NCBI GenBank assembly: GCA_037444405.1
Contig: JBBIML010000008.1
Location: 68,225 to 132,224, forward strand
Direction: 5' to 3'
DNA length: 64,000 bases
Source: Armatimonadota bacterium
Lineage (GTDB): Bacteria > Armatimonadota > Fimbriimonadia > Fimbriimonadales > GBS-DC
Positions 36,170 through 45,694 of this stretch are shown piece by piece. The notes beneath the pieces were generated by a model, which searched no databases, was not told the DNA's origin, and saw nothing but the letters and a program-made list of their open reading frames with translations. The position numbers and the translations under genes were made by a program. Every line of letters starts with the position of its first letter. Within the stretch, counting starts at the first letter, position 1.

Positions 36170-37396
36170 CTATTCACCTCCTGTCGGCTTCTTTTCGGGT
36201 TGGGGCTGTTGGGGTTGCTGATCAGGTTTCGGCTGCTGTTCAGGTTTGGGCTGCTCTTCGGGGCGTGGCTGCTGTTCAGGTCCTGGCTGCTGGGGTGGGC
36301 GCGGTGCGGGCGGGCGCGCAGCAGGGGCACGCGGCGCAGGACGACGGGGACCGCCACCTGCCATCTGTTCAGGTGTCAGCGGCTTCACGATGGTGTTGGT
36401 AATCTTTGCCCGACTGCGAAGCTGGTTAACGAATTCACTTAACTCCATCTGGATTGCCTGCTGACGCAGTTGTTTCAGCTCCTCACCCTTCGCCTGGGAG
36501 CCAGTGCGCTCCAGCCGCACAATCATGTAGCCGCCCAGTGTGCGGAACGGCTGCGACACCTGACCCGGCTTCAGCTTCTCCAGCTGCTGAAGGATATCGG
36601 GCACGATGAATCGCTTATGCTGCCAGTTCTGCTTCCCGCCCCGATCCTTGGTGAACGGATTTTCAGAGTATTGTTTGGCAGCCTCGGCGAAGTCCAGCCC
36701 TTCACTGATTTTCTGATAGGCTTCTTTCGCTCTGGCTTCGGCAGCAGCGGCGTTCCGCTCCTGCTCTTCAGGCGTACTACCCTGAATGCGAATCACGATC
36801 TCGCTATACTCCAGGAAGTTATCGAGGTTAATGCGCTTCTCTGCCAGTTTTTCTGCCAGCGCGCGCGCCCGTGCCAGCGCGTAGAGTCGGCTGGGTGGAT
36901 AGGTGTTGCGGCGCAGGAAATCGTCGAGGCTCATGCCAGGTGGCAGGTTCGCCTCCGCGTTCTGCAGCTGCTGCTTGTAGCTGGCTTCCACTTCCTCCGG
37001 CTTGACCGTGATCTTTTGCTTACGGGCTTCCTGCTCGATGATCCGTACGAATATCATCTCTTCCAGCGCCTGTGCAGCGTACCAATCATAGGTTGCCCGC
37101 GCTAGCTCGCCAGCGCGAATCGGTTCGCCGTTCACTGTCGCGACCACCTTGTTCGGGTCTGGCAAAGGTGGCAGCGTCGGCGGCACGAATTTGGAAGTGG
37201 GCTTCGCCGATTGAGTTGTCGCGCGCTTCTGCTGGGACGACGCGGCAGGTTTCTGCGTCGTTCTGGACGCAGGCTTCTGCTGCGTTGTCCCGCCTGATTT
37301 CGGCTGAGTCGTTCTGGGCGACGGATTGCTCGTCTGTACCGCTATCAAACTGCCCATCAGTGAAACCGCTATCAGACTACCGAACCATCTGTTCAT
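36170..37396 (-). CDS. parvulin-type peptidyl-prolyl isomerase (SurA/PrsA-like), secreted, with a Pro/Gln-rich tail
   Basis: Signal-like [20 protein letters not shown], SurA-like N-terminal domain, and parvulin core ([20 protein letters not shown]). Low-complexity C-terminus. Confidence 0.8.
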   Translation of the reverse strand: MNRWFGSLIAVSLMGSLIAVQTSNPSPRTTQPKSGGTTQQKPASRTTQKPAASSQQKRATTQSAKPTSKFVPPTLPPLPDPNKVVATVNGEPIRAGELARATYDWYAAQALEEMIFVRIIEQEARKQKITVKPEEVEASYKQQLQNAEANLPPGMSLDDFLRRNTYPPSRLYALARARALAEKLAEKRINLDNFLEYSEIVIRIQGSTPEEQERNAAAAEARAKEAYQKISEGLDFAEAAKQYSENPFTKDRGGKQNWQHKRFIVPDILQQLEKLKPGQVSQPFRTLGGYMIVRLERTGSQAKGEELKQLRQQAIQMELSEFVNQLRSRAKITNTIVKPLTPEQMAGGGPRRPAPRAPAARPPAPRPPQQPGPEQQPRPEEQPKPEQQPKPDQQPQQPQPEKKPTGGE

Positions 37397-39381
37397 CGTC
37401 GTTCTCCTCCTCTGGCATGGGTTCGATTCGCTGTAGGGTGTGGCATCTCCTGCAAGCTCTGAGTGAACAGCAGCGCCCAGTAGTGGAATGCGATCATCGC
37501 TGCCATCAGCATGCCCAGATCGTTCAGCAGGAAGCATAGCACGCCCGCCGTTAGCCACGCTATCTGCAGCGGGCGCGGAATTGGGGACACCACCTGCGTC
37601 CGTCGCAGCCATCGCACCGCGAGCAGGCTCGTCAGCAGCAGGACCGCCCACGGCGACAGCAGCGACTCGCCCAGATTCATCGCGATTTTGCGGGCAATCA
37701 GCTGCGAGGCGTCGGGGCTATGCGCAGGGCTTGCAGGTTCGGTCAGGCTCGCCCAGAAAGCGTGCAGATGCGGTGTGTTGAACCACAGCAACACTAGGCT
37801 CACCAGTGCGACACCCCCCAGCCCCAGCATGGTAGAAACGCGCTTCCTGCGTAGCAGGGGCGTCCCTGCCCCTGCAGTAAGGGCTATCCCGAACGCCAGC
37901 AGGGTGCCGATGGTCGCCAGCGTCGCGCCCACATTCGCCGATTGCCAGCCCATCCAGAGCGTAAACAGCGCCAGCAAAATGAGCGCGCCGAGCGGCAGCC
38001 CCTCGATGCGCAGCCACGCCGCGCACAGAATCAGCACCCAGCTGAGCGCGAGCGCCGCGTACGGATTGCCGACGCCATAGAACCGATAGCCGCCAAGCAG
38101 TGTGTAGCCGAACAGCCCGTCGCGGTTCCAGTCGCCGCCGCTGAGCGTATCCAGCACGAGCGCGATCAGCCCCAGCCCCGCTATCGCTCCCAGCCCCACC
38201 AGCGGCGTGTCGAGCGCGCGTGCCAGCCAGCCGAGCATCGCCATTCCGAGCAGCACGATCAGGGTCGCGCTCCAGAGGATGGATGTGGGCAGTGCGGCGG
38301 GCAGCAGGCTGGCAACGCCGAGCGCCACCCCCCACACGCCCCATGTGGCAGGTTCCACCAGCGCACGCCACGCAGGCGAGGTGTCGGCAGAGGCGGGGCG
38401 CGGCGCGGGCGACGGCTGACCCACCACACGCAGGCGAACTGCCGCCCGCTGGCGTATCTCACGCCCCATACGGTACGCCCACCAGCAGCCCAGCAGCACC
38501 AGCCCAATCCACACCGCCCGGATCCATAACGCGCCCCGCCACAGCGGCTGACGCTTCAGCCACGAATCGCGCACCAGCAGCAACGCCTCCACCTTCACGG
38601 ATGTGCCGTCCCCACGCAACGGCGCGCCCAGCCCTGGTCGGATACGCCACCCCAGCGCGACAAAGATGGTCGGGTTCAGCGAGAGCGTCTGACCCGCGCC
38701 TCGCACACGCACCGAATCGTCCCACAGCCAGCCTCTGCCAACCTGCCCGCCGCGCAGCCACACTGCCCACGGCGTCTTCGCCGTTAGCGAACTGCCCACC
38801 ACAATCATCAGATCGTCAGACTGATTGTAAAATTGCGCGAGGAGCGCCAGCCAGCGATCAATCTGCTGCCAGGCGCGCTGCAACAGCTGTTCCGCCTGCG
38901 CAGGTGTGCAGAATTCCGCGTAGCGCAGGGCACGCTCCACCTCGCTGAGATGCACATAGAGCCACTTCGACTGCCGTATATCGCGCTGCCATGCGCGGGG
39001 TAGCGCCTCTGGCGCAGTGCGTATGCCGAATGCCATACCTGCATCGGGCAACAGGGGCAGCAGGCGCACAGCGGGTGGCGGCGTGCCACTGAGATGGGTA
39101 TCGCGTGGTAGGGGCGCCCGACTGTGCGCCCCTACCTCTGTGGCGGGTTCGCCCGTCTCATAATCCACCAGCCACAGGGCGGCGTCCCACTCGCGGGAGG
39201 GCACAGCGTGATTGGCGGTCGGCACCAGCCAGCCTGCCGTGCCTTCAGTCAGCGCGCGCTGGAGCCACACACTGCGGGCGAACATCGCATCGCCTCCCGC
39301 CACAATCACTATCAGCACCCGCGCCTGCACAACTGTTAGCAGGCTCGCCACCAGAAGGCTGGTCATTAACCCTCGCGCCAT
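37393..39381 (-). CDS. hypothetical large integral membrane protein, 662 aa
   Basis: N-terminal signal or anchor, about 300 aa soluble domain, then about 10 hydrophobic segments. ATGA overlap with the PPIase start. Confidence 0.55.
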   Translation of the reverse strand: MARGLMTSLLVASLLTVVQARVLIVIVAGGDAMFARSVWLQRALTEGTAGWLVPTANHAVPSREWDAALWLVDYETGEPATEVGAHSRAPLPRDTHLSGTPPPAVRLLPLLPDAGMAFGIRTAPEALPRAWQRDIRQSKWLYVHLSEVERALRYAEFCTPAQAEQLLQRAWQQIDRWLALLAQFYNQSDDLMIVVGSSLTAKTPWAVWLRGGQVGRGWLWDDSVRVRGAGQTLSLNPTIFVALGWRIRPGLGAPLRGDGTSVKVEALLLVRDSWLKRQPLWRGALWIRAVWIGLVLLGCWWAYRMGREIRQRAAVRLRVVGQPSPAPRPASADTSPAWRALVEPATWGVWGVALGVASLLPAALPTSILWSATLIVLLGMAMLGWLARALDTPLVGLGAIAGLGLIALVLDTLSGGDWNRDGLFGYTLLGGYRFYGVGNPYAALALSWVLILCAAWLRIEGLPLGALILLALFTLWMGWQSANVGATLATIGTLLAFGIALTAGAGTPLLRRKRVSTMLGLGGVALVSLVLLWFNTPHLHAFWASLTEPASPAHSPDASQLIARKIAMNLGESLLSPWAVLLLTSLLAVRWLRRTQVVSPIPRPLQIAWLTAGVLCFLLNDLGMLMAAMIAFHYWALLFTQSLQEMPHPTANRTHARGGERR

Positions 39382-39405
39382 CGGCTTCTATCTTACCTGC
39401 CACCT

Positions 39406-39840
39406 TCAGGGTACGCATTTCACTTCTGGATAGCGGTTGAAATCAGCGGGATTGAAAGTGCATAAGTGTTTAATCTCATAGCTTGCCATCCACGCTACCA
39501 GGCGCGCATCATGCGCCTCACGCCCCAGAACCGAATATTGGCGACAAACCTCCATCCAGCGCAACCACAGGTCCTGCTGATCTGGCAAAAGCAGAAAATC
39601 GGCAGCGACCTGTTGAAGCAGTTCATAAGCTTCTTCAGCTGTCATGCCAAAGCCATTCCGCGCTTTTGGGCGAGTCATTACCACCCACATCTCATACAGT
39701 ACCTGCGGCGCGACGCAGAGGATATAGCCTTGCTGCTCAAGCCACTGAAGGGATGCCACCGCCTGAATATGAAGAGGGTCATCCCTGGCGTAATACCGCA
39801 GAATTACTGAGGTATCTACCAGAGCCTTCTGTTCACTCAT
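39406..39840 (-). CDS. PIN-domain (VapC-like) ribonuclease
   Basis: LVDTSV (first Asp), YEMWVV (Glu), AHDARL and TFNPADF (distal Asp residues). 144 aa. Confidence 0.75.
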   Translation of the reverse strand: MSEQKALVDTSVILRYYARDDPLHIQAVASLQWLEQQGYILCVAPQVLYEMWVVMTRPKARNGFGMTAEEAYELLQQVAADFLLLPDQQDLWLRWMEVCRQYSVLGREAHDARLVAWMASYEIKHLCTFNPADFNRYPEVKCVP

Positions 39841-40705
39841 CGTAGAATCCAGAGGCGCGAGAGCTGTGGACAGGATCCGGTAAAGAAACCCCTTCCAGGA
39901 TTCCTGCGTGTGCGGGAAGCAAACCGTTGTAAACCAGACCGTAGTTCTTCTCGTCAATCAAACCCCATACCCGATCGAACTGCCCCCACAGCTCACGCCC
40001 CCACGGCACATTTGCGCTGGGATTCTGATAGATTTCAAGCACAGGGATTTTCTCTTCTACATCAATCCTCTTGTGACAATATTTTTTATATATCTTTTGA
40101 TATTTATTTATAAAATCTCTGAAATTTTTGTATTTGATCTGCCTGATTTCTTGTTCAAAACCTGAAAGGTGGGCTTTGACTCTTTCAGTACGCAGTACCG
40201 CAATCGCGCTGAGATGAGGATTTTTAGAGAGCAGTCCTTGCGATAGAACCATGACCTGTACCAGCTCCTCTTTCCCGTCAGGAGCGGGTTGAAAAGCGAT
40301 TGCTGTGCCGAATAAAGGTCGGCGAAGATGAAGTTGAAAAGTTCTTATTCCGAGCAGATCATGGATTACTAACATTGCAGGCAATCTTTCGTATTTATTT
40401 CTCATAATCACCTTGTGTAATTGCTTAGCTTCTTTGAAAATCTTCGGAACAGGAGCATTACCTCCCCCACCCACCACCCCTCTTCCCTCAAGGCACTCGA
40501 TGTCCTTTTGATAGCTATCAATATCGAACCCACTCACTTCAACCAGGGCCCTGGGTGCGCCAGAGGCGTCCAGGATGGTGAAGTCGGGTGCAGCGTCGCC
40601 TTTGTTCAGCCCCAGCTGGCGACGGAACTCTGCTTCTGTCCAGTATTGCCAGCCCTGCCGTTCCAGATACTCGCGGAACAGGTTCTCTGCTTGCTTATAG
40701 TGCAT
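39833..40705 (-). CDS. hypothetical protein with N-terminal PD-(D/E)xK-like (restriction endonuclease fold) signature
   Basis: 290-aa ORF. AENLFREYLERQGW followed by PDFTILD..ALVEVSGFD resembles alpha-beta-beta-beta nuclease core motifs. The 3' two-thirds are conspicuously AT-rich. It overlaps the PIN gene by 8 nt. Confidence 0.5.
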   Translation of the reverse strand: MHYKQAENLFREYLERQGWQYWTEAEFRRQLGLNKGDAAPDFTILDASGAPRALVEVSGFDIDSYQKDIECLEGRGVVGGGGNAPVPKIFKEAKQLHKVIMRNKYERLPAMLVIHDLLGIRTFQLHLRRPLFGTAIAFQPAPDGKEELVQVMVLSQGLLSKNPHLSAIAVLRTERVKAHLSGFEQEIRQIKYKNFRDFINKYQKIYKKYCHKRIDVEEKIPVLEIYQNPSANVPWGRELWGQFDRVWGLIDEKNYGLVYNGLLPAHAGILEGVSLPDPVHSSRASGFYDE

Positions 40706-40723
40706 GCTTCCATTTTACCATGT

Positions 40724-42097
40724 CTACCCCACCGCCTCCACGATGTAGCGCACGATGAACACCAGCGCGAACACCAGCACCAGCCAGTGAACCTCGCGCA
40801 GCCGCCCCGTGACCAGCTTCAGCACCGTGTAGCTGATGAAGCCGATTGCGATTCCTTCGGTGATGCTGACGGTGAACGCCATCAGCGCGATGGTCAGGAA
40901 GGCGGGCAGCGATTCGGTGAGGTCGTCCCAGTGGATATGGCGTACGCCTGTCAGCATGAACGCGCCTACCAGGATCAGCGCGGGCGCGATAATCGGGTAC
41001 TGCTTGAACGGGAACTCGACGCCTGGCGCCAGCGTCCAGTTGACGGTGGTTTCCGCTGTGAGCACTGCGACCAGCGGATAGACGAACAGCCCTGCCAGCA
41101 TCAGGATGCCAGCGGTGATGGCGGTCAGCCCGGTGCGTCCGCCTGCCGAGACGCCCGCCGCGCTCTCGATGTAGGCGGTGATGGTGGAGGTGCCCAGCAG
41201 TCCGCCCAGCGTGGTGGCAATCGCGTCGCTCAGCAGCGCCCGCCCCGCGCGGGGCAGCCGTCCGTTCTGGAGCAGCCCTGCCTGCGCACTCACGCCAATC
41301 AGCGTGCCCACCGTGTCGAACACCGACGCCAGAAAGAAGATGAACACGATGGTAATCAGCTCCGTCCCATGCGCGAACAAGCCCCTTAAATCCAGCTTCA
41401 GAAAGGTCGGCTCGATGGAGGGTGGCAGCCAGCTCTGCGTACGGAGCGGCTCCGTGCTGGTCAGTCCCATCAGTAAGGCAACCATCAGGCTCGCCATCAG
41501 CCCGGTCAGGATCGCGCCCCGGATGCGCAGCACAGTCAGCACCGCCATCACGATGAAGCCCACGCCCGCCACCAGCACTGACGGGCTGCCCAGGTCGCCA
41601 ATCTGCACCAGCGTGCCGGGACTCGCCTTAACAAAGCCGCCCCATTCCAGCCCGATCAGGGTGATGAGCAGCCCGATGCCCACCGCGATGCCGTGCTTGA
41701 GCGATTGGGGCACGCTGTCCACAATCGCCTCGCGGAAGCGCACGGCGGACAGCAGGATGAACAGCACGCCCGACAGAAAGACCGCCGCCAGCGCCTGCTG
41801 CCAGCTGTAGCCCATTAGCAGGCAGACCGTGTAGGCAAAAAAGGCGTTATGCCCCATGCCGGGCGCACCCGCAATCGGGTAGTTCGCCAGCAAGCCTATC
41901 AGGATGCTCACCGTCGCGGCGCACAGGCAGGTCGCCACCATCACCGCGCCCTTGTCCATGCCCGCCACGCTCAAAATGGCAGGATTGACAAAGATGATGT
42001 AGCTCATCGTAAGGAAGGTCGTAAGCCCCGCCAGCAGCTCCTGACGAACCGTTGTGCCCGACTCCCTTAACCGAAAAAGGTGCTCCAGCCAGTTCAT
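40724..42097 (-). CDS. NCS2 family purine permease (AzgA/PbuG-like adenine/guanine/hypoxanthine permease)
   Basis: TTVRQELLAGLTTFLTMSYIIFVNP N-terminus, about 13 TM. ATG at 42097. The upstream part of the 792-aa ORF looks non-coding. Confidence 0.88.
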   Translation of the reverse strand: MNWLEHLFRLRESGTTVRQELLAGLTTFLTMSYIIFVNPAILSVAGMDKGAVMVATCLCAATVSILIGLLANYPIAGAPGMGHNAFFAYTVCLLMGYSWQQALAAVFLSGVLFILLSAVRFREAIVDSVPQSLKHGIAVGIGLLITLIGLEWGGFVKASPGTLVQIGDLGSPSVLVAGVGFIVMAVLTVLRIRGAILTGLMASLMVALLMGLTSTEPLRTQSWLPPSIEPTFLKLDLRGLFAHGTELITIVFIFFLASVFDTVGTLIGVSAQAGLLQNGRLPRAGRALLSDAIATTLGGLLGTSTITAYIESAAGVSAGGRTGLTAITAGILMLAGLFVYPLVAVLTAETTVNWTLAPGVEFPFKQYPIIAPALILVGAFMLTGVRHIHWDDLTESLPAFLTIALMAFTVSITEGIAIGFISYTVLKLVTGRLREVHWLVLVFALVFIVRYIVEAVG

Positions 42098-42172
42098 CGC
42101 TCTCCTCCGTGAACCCCTATAAGAGTACCCGCTCCGCGGAACACCATCGGGCAGGAATCGAGCTACTGAGCG

Positions 42173-42180
42173 TGTATAAT
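42173..42180 (+). promoter_or_regulatory. -10 box TGTATAAT, 7 nt upstream of the cytochrome ATG (leaderless candidate)
   Basis: TATAAT lies at 42175-42180 and the ATG at 42188. No Shine-Dalgarno sequence lies between them. Confidence 0.35.
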
Positions 42181-42187
42181 CCGGGTT

Positions 42188-43168
42188 ATGAATGCAACCG
42201 TTGGTTGGAGCGTTTCGTGTGCGCTGTTGATCGGGCTGGTGAGCATGGCAGCACGCCAGCCACAGGGGAAACCGCCGGCGCAGGCTGCCCTGCCCAAAAC
42301 GCGCGGGCAGTGCGAGGTGTGCCACCGCCAGGAAGCGCTGGACTGGAGCCAGTCGCGCCACGCGCAGGCATGGGTCAGCGAAACCTTCGCCATGTCCACC
42401 AGCAACCGTTCCATCAAGATGTGCCTGCCCTGCCACGCGCCCGAGCCGATTCTGGTTAAGGGCTTCGGCGAGCATCCCGACCTGCGCGGCGACGAGCGCG
42501 AACACGGCATCGACTGCATCAGCTGCCACCGCGATGCGAACGGCGCCTATCATGGCAGGCTCGGCACCCAGCCCGAAGACCACCCCGGTCCCATCGTCAA
42601 AAACGAGAAGTTCGGCACGCACGAGATGTGCGGCACCTGCCACGAGGTGTTCGGCACCTACGACGCCTTCAAGCAGACGCAGTGGGCGAAAGACCCCGAC
42701 GGCTGCATCAACTGCCATATGCCTGTCGTGGAGCGACCGATTGCCGTCGCGCCATCGGGACTGCCCGCCCGCAAAGCGCGCGTGCATAAGTTCGAGGGCG
42801 CAACCCCCGAAATGTTCCAGAAGGGCGTCAAAGTCGCCGCCGAACGCAAGAACGACGCCCTGCAGGTGAGCATGGAAAGCGTGTGGGTCGGACACACCGT
42901 GCCCACAGGACCCGAGCAGGTGGTGATGATTGTCGATGTGCGCCTGCTGAAAGCGGGCAGTGAGGTCGGCAAGAAGCAGGAACTGCTCGCCGATAATGTC
43001 GCCATCGACGGCTCCGACACCCGCCTGCAACCGGGCGAACGGCGCGTGTTCCGCATCCCGCTGATTGGCGAACCCGACGAAGCGCTCGTGCGAATCCTGC
43101 ACAAGCGCAACCGCGACCTCCCTGACGAAAAGGCGACCATCCTGTACGAAACGAAGGTGAAACTATGA
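42188..43168 (+). CDS. pentaheme c-type cytochrome, signal-anchored
   Basis: Five CxxCH motifs (CEVCH, CLPCH, CISCH, CGTCH, CINCH), an N-terminal hydrophobic segment, and a beta-rich C-terminal domain. Confidence 0.8.
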   Translation: MNATVGWSVSCALLIGLVSMAARQPQGKPPAQAALPKTRGQCEVCHRQEALDWSQSRHAQAWVSETFAMSTSNRSIKMCLPCHAPEPILVKGFGEHPDLRGDEREHGIDCISCHRDANGAYHGRLGTQPEDHPGPIVKNEKFGTHEMCGTCHEVFGTYDAFKQTQWAKDPDGCINCHMPVVERPIAVAPSGLPARKARVHKFEGATPEMFQKGVKVAAERKNDALQVSMESVWVGHTVPTGPEQVVMIVDVRLLKAGSEVGKKQELLADNVAIDGSDTRLQPGERRVFRIPLIGEPDEALVRILHKRNRDLPDEKATILYETKVKL

Positions 43169-44580
43169 AGCGATTCGCTGGCTTGCTGACGCTCTGGCTC
43201 GCGCTGGGGTTCACTCAACCCGTGCAGAACCCCATGGTGGCGATTGCCGGCAAAATCGTGGGGATCGATGCGCCCATTCAGATCACCGCCGAAACCAATG
43301 TGGTCGGCTTCGACTGGCTGGAAAATGGGCGATACCTCGTGTATCAGATAGTGCCGCCAGAGAGCAGAGAGCACTATATCGCGCCCTCCAGCGATTCCAC
43401 CCTCTGGCGGCGACAATTCCTGACCGCCCTCTATCTCTATGACACCCGCACTCGCCGCACCACGCTCATCCATCGCGACAACATCGACGACTGGCGCGTG
43501 GTGCTGAACGGCAGGGCGGTGCTGTATGTCGTGCACGACGCCCTGATGGAACGGGCAGCGAACGGCGCGCATGAAAAGTCGCGTGCCACACTCTACCTGC
43601 GCTCGCCCAGCCGGAGCCAGCCGAAGGTGATTCTGCAAATGGATACGCACATCGGGCTGAGCTGTTCACCAAATGGGCGCTATGTGCTGGTCAGCGCACC
43701 TGGCGCATCGGAAGGCAACCCGCTGATCGATCTGCAAACGGGTCGCACTGTTCGCACCTTCGGCAGCGCTCTATGGGTTTCGTCCGTCTGGAGCGACGAT
43801 AGCACCCTCTATCTGGGCATCCACCGCAATCGGCAAAAGGACTATTTTGTCTATAATGTGCGCACCAATGAGATAAAGCCGATTACGGAGAGTGTGTACC
43901 GTCAGGTAATCCAGCAGAAGCCCTCGCCAATATATCGCCTGCTACGCTACGCGACGCGCCGTCTGCGCCTGCAAACCCAGCTTGACACCCTACCTGCGGA
44001 AGGGATCGGCATAGCCCCCCTGACGCTGGAGCCGAAGTATAGTGCCACCCTGCTCTATCTCGAATCGCTGGAGGCGAAGACCGAGCGCTATCGTCGGGCG
44101 ACGGTGGCGCACGATAGCGATTCGCAGCTCTGCTCGCTGGCGCCTGATGAGAGCGGCGTCGCCTACTGCAACTGGCGCGGACAGCTATTCTATGTGCCCC
44201 TGCGCCCGCGCGACCCCAGAACTCTGCCCGAATTGCTCGCCTGCGGACTGGAACCCACACGCGAGCAGATTCGTGACTACTACCTTAGCAATGGCAAGCA
44301 GATTGCGCTGGCGACGCTGATGTACTGTGCGGACTATGATGAGATATTCCCACCCAGCCAGAACATTACTGACCTGCTGTTTCCCTATGTCAAAAACCAC
44401 GATGTGTTTCGGGACGCCTTCACAGGGCAACTGATCTTCACCTACCTGATGGATGGTCAAACCCTGTCCAGCATCACGGAACCTGCCACGACTCCCATCG
44501 GTCGCCTCGACTGGGGCGACCCCGAATGGGTGGTGGTTCTGTACGCGGATGGTTATGTGAAAGCCGAGCGCCGGCAATAG
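43165..44580 (+). CDS. secreted protein: TolB-like propeller-type repeats fused to a pseudopilin-like globular domain
   Basis: Signal peptide MKRFAGLLTLWLALGF. Repeats of the SPNGRYVLVSA type. The C-terminal 130 aa match the two pseudopilins in this window (LMYCADYDEIFP, FPYVKNHDVF, YADGYVK). ATGA coupling to the cytochrome gene. Confidence 0.6.
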   Translation: MKRFAGLLTLWLALGFTQPVQNPMVAIAGKIVGIDAPIQITAETNVVGFDWLENGRYLVYQIVPPESREHYIAPSSDSTLWRRQFLTALYLYDTRTRRTTLIHRDNIDDWRVVLNGRAVLYVVHDALMERAANGAHEKSRATLYLRSPSRSQPKVILQMDTHIGLSCSPNGRYVLVSAPGASEGNPLIDLQTGRTVRTFGSALWVSSVWSDDSTLYLGIHRNRQKDYFVYNVRTNEIKPITESVYRQVIQQKPSPIYRLLRYATRRLRLQTQLDTLPAEGIGIAPLTLEPKYSATLLYLESLEAKTERYRRATVAHDSDSQLCSLAPDESGVAYCNWRGQLFYVPLRPRDPRTLPELLACGLEPTREQIRDYYLSNGKQIALATLMYCADYDEIFPPSQNITDLLFPYVKNHDVFRDAFTGQLIFTYLMDGQTLSSITEPATTPIGRLDWGDPEWVVVLYADGYVKAERRQ

Positions 44581-44616
44581 AAGCTTCTTCACGCGCTCGC
44601 ACCGCAGAGGCTAAAC

Positions 44617-44652
44617 AAAAAAGCGGGGACAGGCGGTCAAGCCTGTCCCCGC
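44617..44652 (-). terminator. intrinsic terminator for the 44659-45450 gene
   Basis: GCGGGGACAGGC-ggtcaa-GCCTGTCCCCGC (12-bp stem), followed on the minus strand by TTTTTT (plus-strand A-tract 44617-44622). Confidence 0.6.
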
Positions 44653-44658
44653 CTCGAC

Positions 44659-45450
44659 TCATTCAGCCGGGACATACCGGAAGCAGATACATATGCACAC
44701 CGACCCCAGCCTCCAGCAGATACATGTTAGGTCGCCTTGACGCTTAAAAGCAGGGCAGTCATCGATAGGGCTGACGGAGCCAGGCACCCACCTGTTTATA
44801 AAGAGTTCCCACTCTCCAGAAGCATTTTGCTGGTAGAGGTCTGCCCAGATAGCGCCTGTGCGATCCTGGTACACACGCACCCCGTAGAAGCCACTGTCTA
44901 GGACAATATCTTCCCCGGAGGAACCTCGGATTTTCCCCCGACGCAGATAGAGGACGCCATAACCTTCCTGCGAGTTGGGGTCATCAGCATGGAGCCATAT
45001 GATGTTCACGCTCCGTCGCTCGCCGTTCACCTCTGTTGTGCCGCTGTAGATATCAGCAGTAGTGGGATCGAGGGGCACGCCTAAAAAATCAGTCGGCATT
45101 CGAGGAACAAGTTTTTCCCGATGCTGTCGGAACAGCGCGTCGATGCTTGGGTTCACCTGAGTGCCGAAACAGAACAGCACCTGGAGCAGGTCTGCATCGT
45201 CCACGACGCCATCGTTGTTAACATCGGCGTTGAGACAGTCCGTCTGGGCGTTCAGTGTGCCTGTCAGAGCGGTGAAACAGAGCATAAGCGCCGCCGCCAG
45301 TCCGAACAGGCGTTGAGTCCATGGTCGGTGTGAACCAGTGGGGTTCACTGATACTGCAACGGGACGACGGCTCCCATGGGAGCCATTACAAGCGCCAATC
45401 TGCGCACCAGAGTGCGCTTCTGTCAGGTACTCCGTTCGAAAGGTTCCCAT
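44659..45450 (-). CDS. hypothetical secreted protein with a dockerin/EF-hand-like repeat and a Cys-rich C-terminus
   Basis: DVNNDGVVDDADLLQVLFCFG motif and internal hydrophobic signal-like segment LFGLAAALMLCFTALTG. AGGTGGAG lies upstream of the ATG at 45450. The segment has lower GC than its surroundings. Confidence 0.5.
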   Translation of the reverse strand: MGTFRTEYLTEAHSGAQIGACNGSHGSRRPVAVSVNPTGSHRPWTQRLFGLAAALMLCFTALTGTLNAQTDCLNADVNNDGVVDDADLLQVLFCFGTQVNPSIDALFRQHREKLVPRMPTDFLGVPLDPTTADIYSGTTEVNGERRSVNIIWLHADDPNSQEGYGVLYLRRGKIRGSSGEDIVLDSGFYGVRVYQDRTGAIWADLYQQNASGEWELFINRWVPGSVSPIDDCPAFKRQGDLTCICWRLGSVCICICFRYVPAE

Positions 45451-45694
45451 TTTGGATCTCCACCTATTTAATGCACTTCAGGGCGCAAATGTACCTGGCA
45501 TTCTTAGGATGAACAGAACCTTTGCGCCTTTTTCTGCCCTCGTCAAACCAGGGCAAGAATATAAAAGTGAATAACAGCAATTTTTGTGCCAAAAGGTTCT
45601 TTTCGGGTTGTAGGAAACGCGCTGCGTTGGTTCGGAGCCTACCAGCTCCGCTAAGGCGAAATCCTTTCTTCGAACAGCCAGTCAAAAATCGAGG

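Noticed and set aside
42098-42187. Purine riboswitch upstream of the NCS2 purine permease.
   Set aside because: The 90-nt leader cannot be folded by eye into the three-way junction. It lacks the conserved J1/2, J2/3 and loop-loop nucleotides of guanine/adenine riboswitches. A covariance-model scan (Rfam RF00167) would be needed to reopen this.
45620-45660. tRNA-like 3' fragment (tggttcggagcctacca, resembling a T-arm plus acceptor end) that could mark an integration site next to the lower-GC segment.
   Set aside because: The T-stem pairing is imperfect. There is no matching D arm, anticodon arm or full acceptor stem, and no integrase is nearby. This is most likely chance similarity.
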